A stretch of 64,000 bases of DNA, from positions 3,200,001 through 3,264,000 of the forward strand of contig OZ244621.1 in assembly GCA_965218425.1 (NCBI GenBank), written 5' to 3'. Under the pieces are notes generated by a model. It ran no database searches. It had not been told where the DNA came from and saw only the letters and a list, made by a program, of their open reading frames with translations. The stretch is from an uncultured Candidatus Binatia bacterium. Lineage in GTDB: Bacteria > Desulfobacterota > Binatia > UBA9968 > CAXXLF01. Positions within the stretch are counted from its first letter, which is position 1. Each line of letters begins with the position of its first letter. Made by a program: the position numbers and the translations under genes. Shown here piece by piece: positions 39,552 through 48,974 of the stretch.

Positions 39552-40628
39552 CTAGCCCTGGGAAAGCAAATTACTCAAATCGATGATACCGGCATTGGCG
39601 CGGGAAATATAGGATGACATCACCAGCGAGTAATTTGCAGTGAAGCCGAAATCCGCTCCGTTGAGAACCATTGGGCTCCATACTGTTCGTTGCGTTGCTT
39701 CCAATTCTCGGATGATCTGTTGGACACTTCTCATGGCATTTTTTTTCTCAAGAACTTCCTTGAAGTCGACCTCCACAGCACGTAGGAAAAGGATCAAGGC
39801 CCAACAGGTTCCTCGCGCCTCGTAAAAGACATCATCAATCTCCAGCCAGGGTGTTTTTATCCCTACTTCGAAGTTCGGCAGGGTGGATTGCTGTGCCTCA
39901 GCATCCCCTGCCAGGTCCGTGTTGATACGAATTTGTCCCACACTGGCGCTCAAGCGTTGGGATAGGCTCCCCAGACGATTGGCCACCACCTTGAGCCAGT
40001 CGCGAAGATTATCCGCACGGGAATAAAATTGCGTGCCCGTATTCGCAGTGTCCGCCACCCCGGCTAGATAACCCTTTAACGCCTCAATTCCCTTGCGGTA
40101 TTCGGTCTCTGCAGAAGGGAACAGCCATGCCTCGTTATCTACGTTGAATTGCGGCTCTGCCTTGGCCAGATCCACGTTCTCCTTTGATTGGGTTTGACCG
40201 CGGCTGATGTCGTTTCGCAACACGCGTGTAAGATCTCGTACCTGGACTAGAGCACCGTATTCCCAGCCGGGCATGTTATCCATGAATACGCCGGGCGGCA
40301 GCACGTCGTTGGTCAAATAGCCACCGGGTTTGTCCAGTAAATTACTTGCCACCTTGATTAGCGTGCTGGTGGTAACATAGCCCGTCACCAGATTTTCGTT
40401 GCGGTCTGCGGCCTGATACTCGGCCACTTGCTGAACATCGAAAAGATTCGGCTCGTTGCTCCAGTAGACCACCACGGTGAATAAAAGCAAAAAAATCAGT
40501 ACCAGGGTGAGGCCTACGGCCCGCATTCTACCCCGGAGTTTCAAATTCCGCGGATTCAATCGTGACAGGATTCGCTTTATTGGATTTTGAGGTTGAATGG
40601 TTTCTGTCTGGATATCGGGAACAGCCAC
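39552..40628 (-). CDS. DUF2333 family protein
   Basis: TM + YWSNEP, LLDKPGGYLTND..PPG..MDNMP.WEYG, FYSRADNL, ANYSLVMSSY. Confidence 0.88.
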   Translation of the reverse strand: MAVPDIQTETIQPQNPIKRILSRLNPRNLKLRGRMRAVGLTLVLIFLLLFTVVVYWSNEPNLFDVQQVAEYQAADRNENLVTGYVTTSTLIKVASNLLDKPGGYLTNDVLPPGVFMDNMPGWEYGALVQVRDLTRVLRNDISRGQTQSKENVDLAKAEPQFNVDNEAWLFPSAETEYRKGIEALKGYLAGVADTANTGTQFYSRADNLRDWLKVVANRLGSLSQRLSASVGQIRINTDLAGDAEAQQSTLPNFEVGIKTPWLEIDDVFYEARGTCWALILFLRAVEVDFKEVLEKKNAMRSVQQIIRELEATQRTVWSPMVLNGADFGFTANYSLVMSSYISRANAGIIDLSNLLSQG

Positions 40629-40970
40629 AAACTCTCTCCTTCGAATTCATTCGCAAAATGGCATAGGGTGCCCACATTCGGGACCAAAACCAAACCGTCG
40701 TGTGCTCTTTACAATACTCGATTCCGGCGCGGAAAGCGATCTTGATCCTTGTCCCATGGCCAAATTGGGTATGGCGGCTGGACGCTGCCCTCTGACTCAT
40801 GGTATAGCGAGACATAATCCTATGCCATTGCATCACTTTCGTTTTGTGAGGGAGATCACCCCGATCCCCCAACTCTGGAGATCCCTCTGAGCCCACCGAC
40901 TTCCGATAAAGACGAGTCTTCGCCAGAGCCAGCGGCCGCTCGGAAACGCCACCGGGTACTCCAGGCAGTA

Positions 40971-42197
40971 TTGCGCAACCGCGCCTTTGAGGTGATTGGG
41001 TTCCCCGAGTTTCGTTTGCTCTGGTTCGGGCAATCCCTCATGGGCATGGCCACCTGGATGGATCAGGTTGCCAGGGGTTGGCTCATGTATGAGCTAACCA
41101 ATTCACCGGTTCAGCTTGGGCTCGTGCGGGGAATCCAGGCTATCCCGATCCTTTTGTTGTCGCCATTGGCTGGCAGCGCCGCCGACCGCTATGACCGAAA
41201 GACCCAGCTGATGATTGTGCAGATACTGGACTTCTTAATGTATGGCGCAGTCGCCTTGCTCGTATTCACGGATAGCATTCGGCCATGGCATGTGTACGTG
41301 ACTGCGGTAGGGATGTCTACAGTCCAGTCGTTTCAGCATCCCGCCCGCGCTTCCATGGTCGCCGACTCTGTGCCCACGAGCCATCTGACCAACGCCATCG
41401 GTCTAAATTCTGTTGTCTTTAATGTGAGCCGGAGCACCGGCCCAGCGCTGGCAGGTCTCCTCATCGCCATGTTCGGCACCGGCAGCTCCTATGCCGTCCA
41501 GGCCGCTTTTTGCATACTCGCAACTGCTTATACAGTTCAGCTCCGTATAAGCTCGCCTTCTTCTGTCAGCTCTCAGGGGCACGGCACGAAGAGAACGTCC
41601 CTAGGCCGGAGCATTCTAGACGGATGGGAGTTCAGCTGGAGGACCGAAAATGTTCGCATTGGGCTACTCATTACATCCCTTGCATCGCTGTTCATCATTC
41701 CCTTCTCAACTCTCCTGCCAGTGTTCGCAAAGGACGTTCTTGGAGTTGGTGCCACCGGACAGGGTTTGCTTCTCACCGCTATGGGTATCGGTGCCTTGAT
41801 GAGCTCCGTCCTCATCGCTTCACTTGGGGACAGATTAGCCAGGGGCGTTGTCATGCTGGGTGGGGTAGCTCTCTACGGGGTCAGCGTCATCGCCTTCGCC
41901 TGGTCTCCATGGTTCAAGCTCTCCTTCCCATTGATGATTTTGGTGGGCCTCTTTCATGTTGCCTCACACGCCCTGGTGCAGACTGTGGTCCAATCCTACT
42001 CTCCCTCGGAGTTCCGCGGCCGGGTTATGGCCATCTACCATCAGACCCACTTCGTTCACACCATGGGTAGCGTGCTCATTGGGGCCTTGGCCTCAATCTG
42101 GGGAGCGCAGTGGTCGGTTGCATCCATGGCTGCAATGGGTGCGCTGTCCATGGTCATCATCCATGTGACAATGCCCCGTACTCGGCTCATTCGGTAG
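40971..42197 (+). CDS. MFS transporter (MFS_3/DUF894-like); true start may be further upstream
   Basis: FRLLWFGQ, WMDQVARGWL, NAIGLNS..FN.SR..GPALAG, EFRGRV. Confidence 0.88.
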   Translation: MRNRAFEVIGFPEFRLLWFGQSLMGMATWMDQVARGWLMYELTNSPVQLGLVRGIQAIPILLLSPLAGSAADRYDRKTQLMIVQILDFLMYGAVALLVFTDSIRPWHVYVTAVGMSTVQSFQHPARASMVADSVPTSHLTNAIGLNSVVFNVSRSTGPALAGLLIAMFGTGSSYAVQAAFCILATAYTVQLRISSPSSVSSQGHGTKRTSLGRSILDGWEFSWRTENVRIGLLITSLASLFIIPFSTLLPVFAKDVLGVGATGQGLLLTAMGIGALMSSVLIASLGDRLARGVVMLGGVALYGVSVIAFAWSPWFKLSFPLMILVGLFHVASHALVQTVVQSYSPSEFRGRVMAIYHQTHFVHTMGSVLIGALASIWGAQWSVASMAAMGALSMVIIHVTMPRTRLIR

Positions 42198-42395
42198 GCG
42201 AACCACGACCCCATACCACAGAGTCAAGTGGACGACAGCCCCCGGCCCATGGTATATAGAGTGAGGTTGTTCTGAGCCACGGTTTGGTTTCATTGTTAAA
42301 GATCATCCCCACAGCCCAGTTCTGGAGACTCCCGGAATTCAACTACCACTGGAAAAGAAGGATCCGCCGCGAGTGCAGGTACAACCCCTGAGCCG

Positions 42396-42581
42396 ATGAC
42401 AACTGAACCCACCTCCCGCCTCTTGCGGGCCTTAAGTCGGGTTAGAGCCTTTGAAGCCCTTCGCTACTATGAGTTCCGTTTGCTCTGGCTGGGGCAGCTG
42501 TCCACAGCCATGGGTACCTGGATGGCTCAGGTGGCGCGGGGTTGGCTCATATGTCAGCTCACCAACTCAACTGAAGGTTGA
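42396..42581 (+). pseudogene. N-terminal fragment of a third paralogous MFS transporter
   Basis: EFRLLWLGQ...WMAQVARGWL..LTNS, then stop. Confidence 0.75.
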
Positions 42582-42643
42582 TTACTGACGACTCTTTTCA
42601 CTTAACCCATTCTTTCCTACACCCTATACCCAACCCCCTCCAC

Positions 42644-42720
42644 ACTCAGAACTCAGCACTCGTTACTCGTCACTGACTTAGTCGCCTTGCGCCATGCTGT
42701 TCTCGCTTTGCGCTTCTGCG
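42644..42720. repeat. Degenerate ~7-mer tandem repeats (ACTCAGA/ACTCAGC/ACTCGTT/ACTCGTC)
   Basis: Seen directly; a similar run lies at 44356-44380. Confidence 0.5.
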
Positions 42721-42772
42721 GTAATATTATTAAAGGAATTTCAACTGCCTTTGGTAGGGGCCGGCAAAAGTC

Positions 42773-43858
42773 TCAGACATTGAACAGAAAATGGCTCACG
42801 TCGCCGTCGTGAAGGACGTAATCCTTGCCTTCCAGCCTCACCCGTCCCTGCTTCTTTGCTGAAGCCATGTTACCCGCATGAACCAAGTCCTCAAAGGCCA
42901 CCACCTCGGCCCGAATAAAACCCCTCTGAATATCAGAATGTATGACCCCTCCGGCCTCAACAGCCACGGTGCCTTCGGGGATGGTCCAGGCCCTCACTTC
43001 GTCTTCACCTACGGTGAGAAAACTGATTAGACCTAACAGGGCATAGGATAGGGCAATGATCCGATCCCTAGCCAGCTCATGAATTCCAAGGGATTCCATG
43101 AACTCCTTCGCGTCCCCCTCGTCCAGTTGGGCCATCTCCGCCTCAATCTTCGCACTGAGGGACGCCACGCGACGTTTGGTGGAGGAAAGCTCTTCCAATG
43201 GGCAAGGTTGGGAGAGCTGGTCTTCCCCTATATTGACCACCACGAGGCAAGGCTTCATTGAGAGGAACGTGAAGCCCCGAAGTAGTTTCTCCTCCTGGGG
43301 GGTGAGCTCCATTTGACGAAGGGGTTTCTCCTCCTCCAGGTTGCCTTTGAGACGGGACAAGAGATCACCTTCTACGGTCCTCGACTCTCGTTCTTGACCC
43401 GAAAACTTTTTTATCTCCTTCTGCAATCGATCCAGCCTGCGCTCAATGACCAGGAGATCCGAAAAGATCAGTTCAAGCTCCAGCAAGGACAGATCACGCT
43501 GTGGATCCACTGATCCCAGGGGATGGGGAACGTCGTTATGCTCAAAGGCCCGGACCACGTGAAGCAACGCGTCGGCGGTCCCAATATAACTAAGAAGTTC
43601 GGGGGATAATTCCTTTTCCCGTGCCTCCCCGCCCTTGAAGCCGCCCACGTCCACATATTGGACCTCGGCGGCCGTGACTTTGCGGGGCTTATAGATCTGT
43701 GCCAGGGTCTGCAGTCGCCGGTCCGGGACCTTCACGGCGGCTATATTGGGTTCCAGCTTTGCGGAACTGAAGGATGCGGTTTCCACCGTTTGACCAGTCA
43801 AGGCATTGAAGACGGTTGTCTTGCCACAGTTAGGGAGTCCTATGATTGCGATCTTCAT
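42773..43858 (-). CDS. ychF: Ribosome-binding ATPase YchF
   Basis: GLPNCGKTT, VPDRRL, HVVRAF, EVRAW, IHSDIQRGFIRAEV, RLEGKDY. Confidence 0.94.
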   Translation of the reverse strand: MKIAIIGLPNCGKTTVFNALTGQTVETASFSSAKLEPNIAAVKVPDRRLQTLAQIYKPRKVTAAEVQYVDVGGFKGGEAREKELSPELLSYIGTADALLHVVRAFEHNDVPHPLGSVDPQRDLSLLELELIFSDLLVIERRLDRLQKEIKKFSGQERESRTVEGDLLSRLKGNLEEEKPLRQMELTPQEEKLLRGFTFLSMKPCLVVVNIGEDQLSQPCPLEELSSTKRRVASLSAKIEAEMAQLDEGDAKEFMESLGIHELARDRIIALSYALLGLISFLTVGEDEVRAWTIPEGTVAVEAGGVIHSDIQRGFIRAEVVAFEDLVHAGNMASAKKQGRVRLEGKDYVLHDGDVSHFLFNV

Positions 43859-44000
43859 TTTTGATTCACGGTACCTCAGGTAGAGTATAGCCGCTCAGAT
43901 TAAGGTTGGCAAAATAGCGGAGGGGATATAGCAACTACAGATTCTTCATGGCCGTTACTAAGGGTTTCTGGAACTTCGTTGGCTTTCCTCGGAGAAAGGG

Positions 44001-44059
44001 TCTTCAAGCTGCGGGCAACACTCCAGTGAATATTTAAAGCTGAACGTTCGATGCCCACG
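44001..44059. repeat. ~60-bp direct repeat, copy 1
   Basis: TCTTCAAGC...CAACACTCCAGT.AATATTTAAAGCTGAACGTTCGATG.CCACG. Confidence 0.85.
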
Positions 44060-44255
44060 GCCTCCTGTCGCACTCCCCTTCGTCACTTCTCCGGTTTGGG
44101 GCGTAGGGGGCTTGCACCGAAGAAAGGGAGACGTCCGATACCAGAGGTTCAAGCCATATTGGCATGCCAGATTAAATGACGGAGCCTCGAGGTATAGACC
44201 TGTCGGCTCCCGCTGAGGGCAGGCCCCCGAGCCCCTGCTCTTCTCGGGGAACGCG

Positions 44256-44314
44256 TCTTCAAGCCGCGTACAACACTCCAGTTAATATTTAAAGCTGAAC
44301 GTTCGATGTCCACG
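44256..44314. repeat. ~60-bp direct repeat, copy 2
   Basis: Same sequence 255 bp downstream with a few substitutions. Confidence 0.85.
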
Positions 44315-44529
44315 CCCTTCATCCTCATTCCCCTCGTCGACGTTTCCTATTCCCCACTCAGCACTCATTGCTCATTGCGCACTTCAGGGCAATCCCAGAG
44401 CCGTCATCTCCCCGGGCAGCGGGTTTCGGGATTCAAAGAAACGAGCAGTCTTGATTTTTGGCGGTTTGAGGTGGTACCAAAGAGTTCATCTGTTCATAGT
44501 GATTTTAAAGGCGAAAGAAGGAAAAAAAC

Positions 44530-45060
44530 ATGGAGAGGGAAAGAGTCAGAGAAAAGGAACCCGCGCAACGGGACGAAGGGGAGCACTATGAAGAGACCCT
44601 CAAGCGCCACGCGGCTACCAGGAATCGTGCCAGAACAGGCAAGATTGTGCTCAGGGGCAAGGAGATTCCTTGGCGGCAGGGTAGACAAGCGTTATCGAAA
44701 TCCTTTCTCTCCTCCCATGGAAGCGACGACACAGCCGCAGAGGATTGGGTCTGTTTCATCCATGATGTCAAACGTCAATCTGGGAAGCACCGGCACCAGG
44801 GGGGCATTCAGTTGTTTGTCTTGAATGGAGAAGGCTACACTGTGGTGGATGGGAAAAGGGTGGATTGGGAGAAGTGGGACCTGATTGTTCTGCCGGTAAA
44901 GCCCGACGGATGCGAGCACCAGCACTTCAATGAAAAGGGAAAGAGGGCCAGGTGGATGGCCTTCCGCTACAGCCCCTTTACAAAGGTTCTGGGGAGCATG
45001 TTTGAGCAAGTTGAGGACTCACCCGACTGGAAGAGTGCTGGAAAACCGCCTGCCTCTTAG
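44530..45060 (+). CDS. Cupin domain protein
   Basis: GKHRHQGG, GEGYTVVDG, EHQHFN. Confidence 0.85.
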   Translation: MERERVREKEPAQRDEGEHYEETLKRHAATRNRARTGKIVLRGKEIPWRQGRQALSKSFLSSHGSDDTAAEDWVCFIHDVKRQSGKHRHQGGIQLFVLNGEGYTVVDGKRVDWEKWDLIVLPVKPDGCEHQHFNEKGKRARWMAFRYSPFTKVLGSMFEQVEDSPDWKSAGKPPAS

Positions 45061-45083
45061 GTGCGGCGCGCTCGAAATTCCAA

Positions 45084-45857
45084 TCACGAATTTGCCGGAG
45101 AATCCACAGACTCCTGCTTTCCCTGCCAATCGCGCGCACGGGTGTCCCACCGGCGTCCCCAGTAGATGAAGGGCGTGTCCAGCGCCGCAATGACAAGCTT
45201 GATTAAATACTTCGATACCCCCAACTCGATGGCGGTATCCAGGTCCACGATCCCCCACCACACCACCAGCGAATAGATCAACGTGTCGGCTCCCTGGGAA
45301 ATCATGGTGGATCCGTTGTTTCTCAGCCATAGATGGCGGCGCCCGGTGCGATTACGAATGGCGTGAAAGAGAAAGACGTCCAAGTTTTGACTGATATAGT
45401 ACGCCGCGAGGGAGCCGAGTACGAAACGAGGCGTAAAGTCGAACAGGGTGGCAAAGGCCTCATGGACGGCCCGGGAAAATCCCCCAGTTTCGGGGTTTGT
45501 TGACGGCTGGAACATCAGACTGATGGAGATCATCACCAAAATGATACAGCTCACGAGAAACCCGATCATCACAGCGCGGTTTGCCTCCCGCTTGCCGTAC
45601 TTTTCGCTCAGCATGTCGGTGGCAAAATAGATTCCCGAGTAGATAATGACACCCATGCTCGTCTGCATCCCCAGGATGATGATGAGTTTCGGGCCCTGCA
45701 GGTTGGCAAGCAGGATGGATAGCACCACGGAGGCATAGAGCCCCATCTTGCCAAATAGTCGGTACATGAGAAGGGCCGAGCCAAGGTCTAAGGCAACCGT
45801 CGCAAGCCACAGCAACTCCTGTCGGCCGGCAAAATATTCGGTGAGAAATTGGAGCAT
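45084..45857 (-). CDS. yhhQ: Queuosine precursor transporter (YhhQ/Vut_1 family)
   Basis: TDMLSEKYG, GSLAAYYISQNLD, LWLRNNGSTMISQ..DT, LDTPF. Confidence 0.88.
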   Translation of the reverse strand: MLQFLTEYFAGRQELLWLATVALDLGSALLMYRLFGKMGLYASVVLSILLANLQGPKLIIILGMQTSMGVIIYSGIYFATDMLSEKYGKREANRAVMIGFLVSCIILVMISISLMFQPSTNPETGGFSRAVHEAFATLFDFTPRFVLGSLAAYYISQNLDVFLFHAIRNRTGRRHLWLRNNGSTMISQGADTLIYSLVVWWGIVDLDTAIELGVSKYLIKLVIAALDTPFIYWGRRWDTRARDWQGKQESVDSPANS

Positions 45858-45890
45858 GGATATTTGAGTTGAGATCTGAACCTAAATCTT

Positions 45891-46133
45891 TCAACTAACG
45901 ATACGCAAAGAGAGATAGGGTACCAGGTTGAAAAAGAGGATTCCTATTTTAAAAATCGTGATACCCGCATAGTGCAGGGTATCGAACCGATCCAGAGCTA
46001 TGTTGTACCACCGACTGTGCATTCGAAAGGTCCAATCGTGGGCAAACGTGAAAAATAAGAACCACCAAAGGAGCAATCCAAAATTAATGAGGGTACACCA
46101 CCCCAGGGCATCACGAATAATTTCAAGCGTCAT
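45891..46133 (-). CDS. Small membrane protein (DUF6868-like)
   Basis: LGWCTLINFGLLLWWF...FD..HY.GI..FKIGI..FNLVPY; GAGGAG RBS. Confidence 0.75.
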   Translation of the reverse strand: MTLEIIRDALGWCTLINFGLLLWWFLFFTFAHDWTFRMHSRWYNIALDRFDTLHYAGITIFKIGILFFNLVPYLSLRIVS

Positions 46134-46342
46134 GTTTACTCCTCCTCTTTTGGTCTCTTGCTTAGATTAACAAATTGATGGGTCCAGCGCGACCTCCAAT
46201 CCTTGCCGTCATCCGAAGAACTAACGCAAATCAAATTGTATGGGGTTTCTTGTCTGAACCTGGACGCTCTCCCTGACTCGTGTTATAGCTTACAAAACTA
46301 AAGCGAGCCATTCCGTCGGCAGGTCGTTGGGAACCCTCGTTT

Positions 46343-47680
46343 ATGGAGACTGATCTGCATACCGACCACACTGAAAGAGAGGACCCAGCCCTCGGGCACA
46401 GTGGAGCCGCGCCATCCGCTGCGGCTGAAGAGCCCCGGGGTTATCTAAAGGTCCTGTTGCGATTTCCCATCTTCGAGGGCTTTCGCTCTCGTGAGTACCG
46501 GTTACTCTGGTCAGGGTTTGTCTGTATGGCCATGGGGCTTTGGATGGACCAGGTGGCGCGCGGCTGGCTCATTTACGAGTTGACGAATTCCACGGTTCAG
46601 CTAGGGCTGGTTCGAGGAGTCCAGGCCATTCCGGTCCTCTTTTTGTCCCCTGTGGCGGGGAGTATGGCTGACCGCTACAGCCGTAAGATGCAGTCACTGA
46701 TTGCCCTGGTACTGGACGGGTTGATGTATGCCGCGTTGGCCGTCCTTATTATCTCAGGCCGGATCGAACCCTGGCATGTGTACGTGACTGCCTTTGGAGC
46801 GGCCATTGTTCAGACCTTTCATCATCCATCCCGGGCTGCCATGGTCGCGGATTCTGTGCTAAAGCAGCACCTGACCAACGCCATCGGGCTCAATTCCATC
46901 GCCTTCAACGTCAGCCGCAGCACTGCACCGGCACTGGCCGGCCTGTTGATCGCCAAATTCGGCACCGGAGGCGCCTATGCAGTCCAGGCTACGCTTTACT
47001 TCCTGGGAACCTGGGCAACCGTGCTCCTCGGCATTGGAAGAGGGTCCCCATCTGGGACTCCTGGTCACGTTAAACGAGAGGCCTTCGGTCGGAGCATTAT
47101 CGAGGGGTGGAAGTTTAGTTGGCAAAATGAGAAGGTGCGCGCTGGTTTGCTTGTGGTAATGTTGGCGTCGTTGTTCATTACCCCCTTCAGCACGCTTCTC
47201 CCCGTATTCGCCCGCGACATCTTAAGGGTCGGAGTGACGGGGCAGGGCCTGCTTCTGACGGCAATGGGCCTGGGTGCCCTGTGCAGTGCCGTTCTCATCG
47301 CCACTGTGGGCGATCGGCTGCCCAGGGGCATGATTATGCTGGTGGGAGTGGCGCTGTACGGGTTCACTATCATCGCATTCGCGGTTTCCCCATGGTTTGA
47401 GTTGGCCATGGGCTTAATGGTGTTCACAGGTCTGTTTCACGTGACCTCCCATGCCCTGGTACAGACCGTGATCCAGGCTTACTCGCCTTCGGAGTTCCGC
47501 GGCCGCACCATAGCGGTCTTTCAACAAAATCACTTCATGATGACCGTGGGAAGCATGCTCCTTGGGTTTATGGCTTCCCTATGGGGTGCCCAGTGGGCCT
47601 TGGCTTTGATGGGGCTAGTGGGTACGGTGTCAATGCTAATGATATACTTGACTCTCCCCAGTGTCCGGCATATCCGCTAA
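46343..47680 (+). CDS. MFS transporter, paralog of the 40971 gene
   Basis: WMDQVARGWL, NAIGLNSIAFNVSR, EFRGR; shared DNA patches with the 40971 gene. Confidence 0.9.
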   Translation: METDLHTDHTEREDPALGHSGAAPSAAAEEPRGYLKVLLRFPIFEGFRSREYRLLWSGFVCMAMGLWMDQVARGWLIYELTNSTVQLGLVRGVQAIPVLFLSPVAGSMADRYSRKMQSLIALVLDGLMYAALAVLIISGRIEPWHVYVTAFGAAIVQTFHHPSRAAMVADSVLKQHLTNAIGLNSIAFNVSRSTAPALAGLLIAKFGTGGAYAVQATLYFLGTWATVLLGIGRGSPSGTPGHVKREAFGRSIIEGWKFSWQNEKVRAGLLVVMLASLFITPFSTLLPVFARDILRVGVTGQGLLLTAMGLGALCSAVLIATVGDRLPRGMIMLVGVALYGFTIIAFAVSPWFELAMGLMVFTGLFHVTSHALVQTVIQAYSPSEFRGRTIAVFQQNHFMMTVGSMLLGFMASLWGAQWALALMGLVGTVSMLMIYLTLPSVRHIR

Positions 47681-47720
47681 GCAAAACGAAATAAAATGCT
47701 TCAGAGTATCATTAGGGGGC

Positions 47721-47751
47721 TTGACAGGATAGTTTAGTTGCTATATATAAT
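47721..47751 (+). promoter_or_regulatory. sigma70 promoter with overlapping putative MarR operator (ATAGTTTAGTTGCTATAT)
   Basis: TTGACA...TATATA/TATAAT directly before the marR ATG. Confidence 0.65.
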
Positions 47752-47758
47752 TGGGTGT

Positions 47759-48241
47759 ATGGATCCAGAGGCGGCCAGCAGGGAGGTAATGGAGCTCTTC
47801 ATCAAGGCGGTGAACCGGTATAACTCCCTGGAGAGGTTTCCGATGAAACAGCGGGCAAGGCTCCATCTCTACCATTCGGAGCGTCATATGCTGGATCAGA
47901 TCGCGGACCATCCGAACTTAAACGTATCTCAGTTAGCCGCCATGGTTGGAGTGACCAAGGGTGCCATCTCGCAAGTCGTAAAAAAGCTAGAGGCCAAAGG
48001 TGTGGCTCAAAGGTACAGGAAGAGCAGCAATGACAAGGAGGTTTTTGTGGAGTTGACCAGAACGGGGAAAGACCTGTATCGAAAACACCAGGCCATCAAC
48101 CATGAGACCGTCAGGACATTGTCCAAGGAGCTGGGGAGGTATTCCGATGACAAGGTGGAGTTCCTGGTCAGGATGTTCCACTGGTTCAATTCGTTCCTGG
48201 ACCATAGCAGCAAGAAAATAAAAGGACACTCGCAGGGCTAG
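47759..48241 (+). CDS. MarR family transcriptional regulator
   Basis: SE.HML..I, QLAAMVGVTKGAISQVVKKLE.KG, NDKEVFVELT..G. Confidence 0.92.
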   Translation: MDPEAASREVMELFIKAVNRYNSLERFPMKQRARLHLYHSERHMLDQIADHPNLNVSQLAAMVGVTKGAISQVVKKLEAKGVAQRYRKSSNDKEVFVELTRTGKDLYRKHQAINHETVRTLSKELGRYSDDKVEFLVRMFHWFNSFLDHSSKKIKGHSQG

Positions 48242-48260
48242 GACAAATTTTTTTGATTTT

Positions 48261-48278
48261 ATAGTTTAGTAACTAAAT
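48261..48278. promoter_or_regulatory. Second putative MarR operator
   Basis: ATAGTTTAGTAACTAAAT; inverted repeat TTTAG-N3-CTAAA. Confidence 0.6.
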
Positions 48279-48286
48279 GAAATGAG

Positions 48287-48523
48287 GTGAAAGCTGTGCA
48301 GATATTTGACAGCCGTGGATGGGGAAGGGGCCTGCAAGGTAGAGGGCACAAGCTGATGGGCTCCCTTTTGACAACCATAGGGTTCTTTTGGCTGGCCCAC
48401 AAGGCTGGTTGGATTCCGGTGTCGGATGGTGGTTCCGTGATCTTTTGGCCGTCGGTCATTATGGTGCTCGGATTGATCGTCCTCTTTGGTTCCGGGCGCG
48501 GGCAGATCAGAGACCACGGGTAG
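48287..48523 (+). CDS. Small two-TM membrane protein (LiaI/LiaF-like)
   Basis: G.LL..IG.FWL...GWI.....FWP..I..LG pattern; start uncertain. Confidence 0.55.
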   Translation: MKAVQIFDSRGWGRGLQGRGHKLMGSLLTTIGFFWLAHKAGWIPVSDGGSVIFWPSVIMVLGLIVLFGSGRGQIRDHG

Positions 48524-48593
48524 GAGTGCGCGCAGGTGAGGGACAGGCGAAAAACTTGTCCACTCTTTTTTGTCTTACCGGCCTTCATCCAAT

Positions 48594-48932
48594 TCACAGC
48601 AGTTTCAGTGCTCCGGTCAACTTGTCCAGTTCGTCGTCATCGGCCGGTCCCAGGCCCAAAGCCGTAATGGTCCCAGCGGCCAGCACGGTTTTTCCCGCGT
48701 CGGTGATGAGCGATACGGGGATGCCCTGTTTACGGGCTGCATCTTCGAGACGTTTCAATTGGTCTGCGTCCCGAGCCTTAACCACGATCTTCGGCATCCC
48801 ATTGGATTGCCATGCGCGTCTCGCTCTAGCGCCGGCGGTGATAAAAGCGGCCACCGCTGCATGGGCCACCTAAGCCGCCAGTTTCCCACGTGGTAATTTG
48901 AGTGAAGCGTCTACTACGATGATCTGTTTCAT
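48594..48932 (-). pseudogene. pth2: Peptidyl-tRNA hydrolase Pth2 with an in-frame TAG at 48870-48872
   Basis: MKQIIVVDASLKLPRGKLAA*VAHA, KIVVK, DAGKT, GLGP, DKLTGALKLL. Confidence 0.88.
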
Positions 48933-48974
48933 TGCGTTAAGGACTGTCTAGCCCTCCATGGGTTGTTCCATCCC

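Noticed and set aside
43985..44345. CRISPR array
   Set aside because: Only two ~60-bp units with a ~195-bp gap, and no cas genes in the window
45858..46340. preQ1 riboswitch upstream of yhhQ
   Set aside because: No convincing stem, loop and A-rich tail consensus on the minus strand
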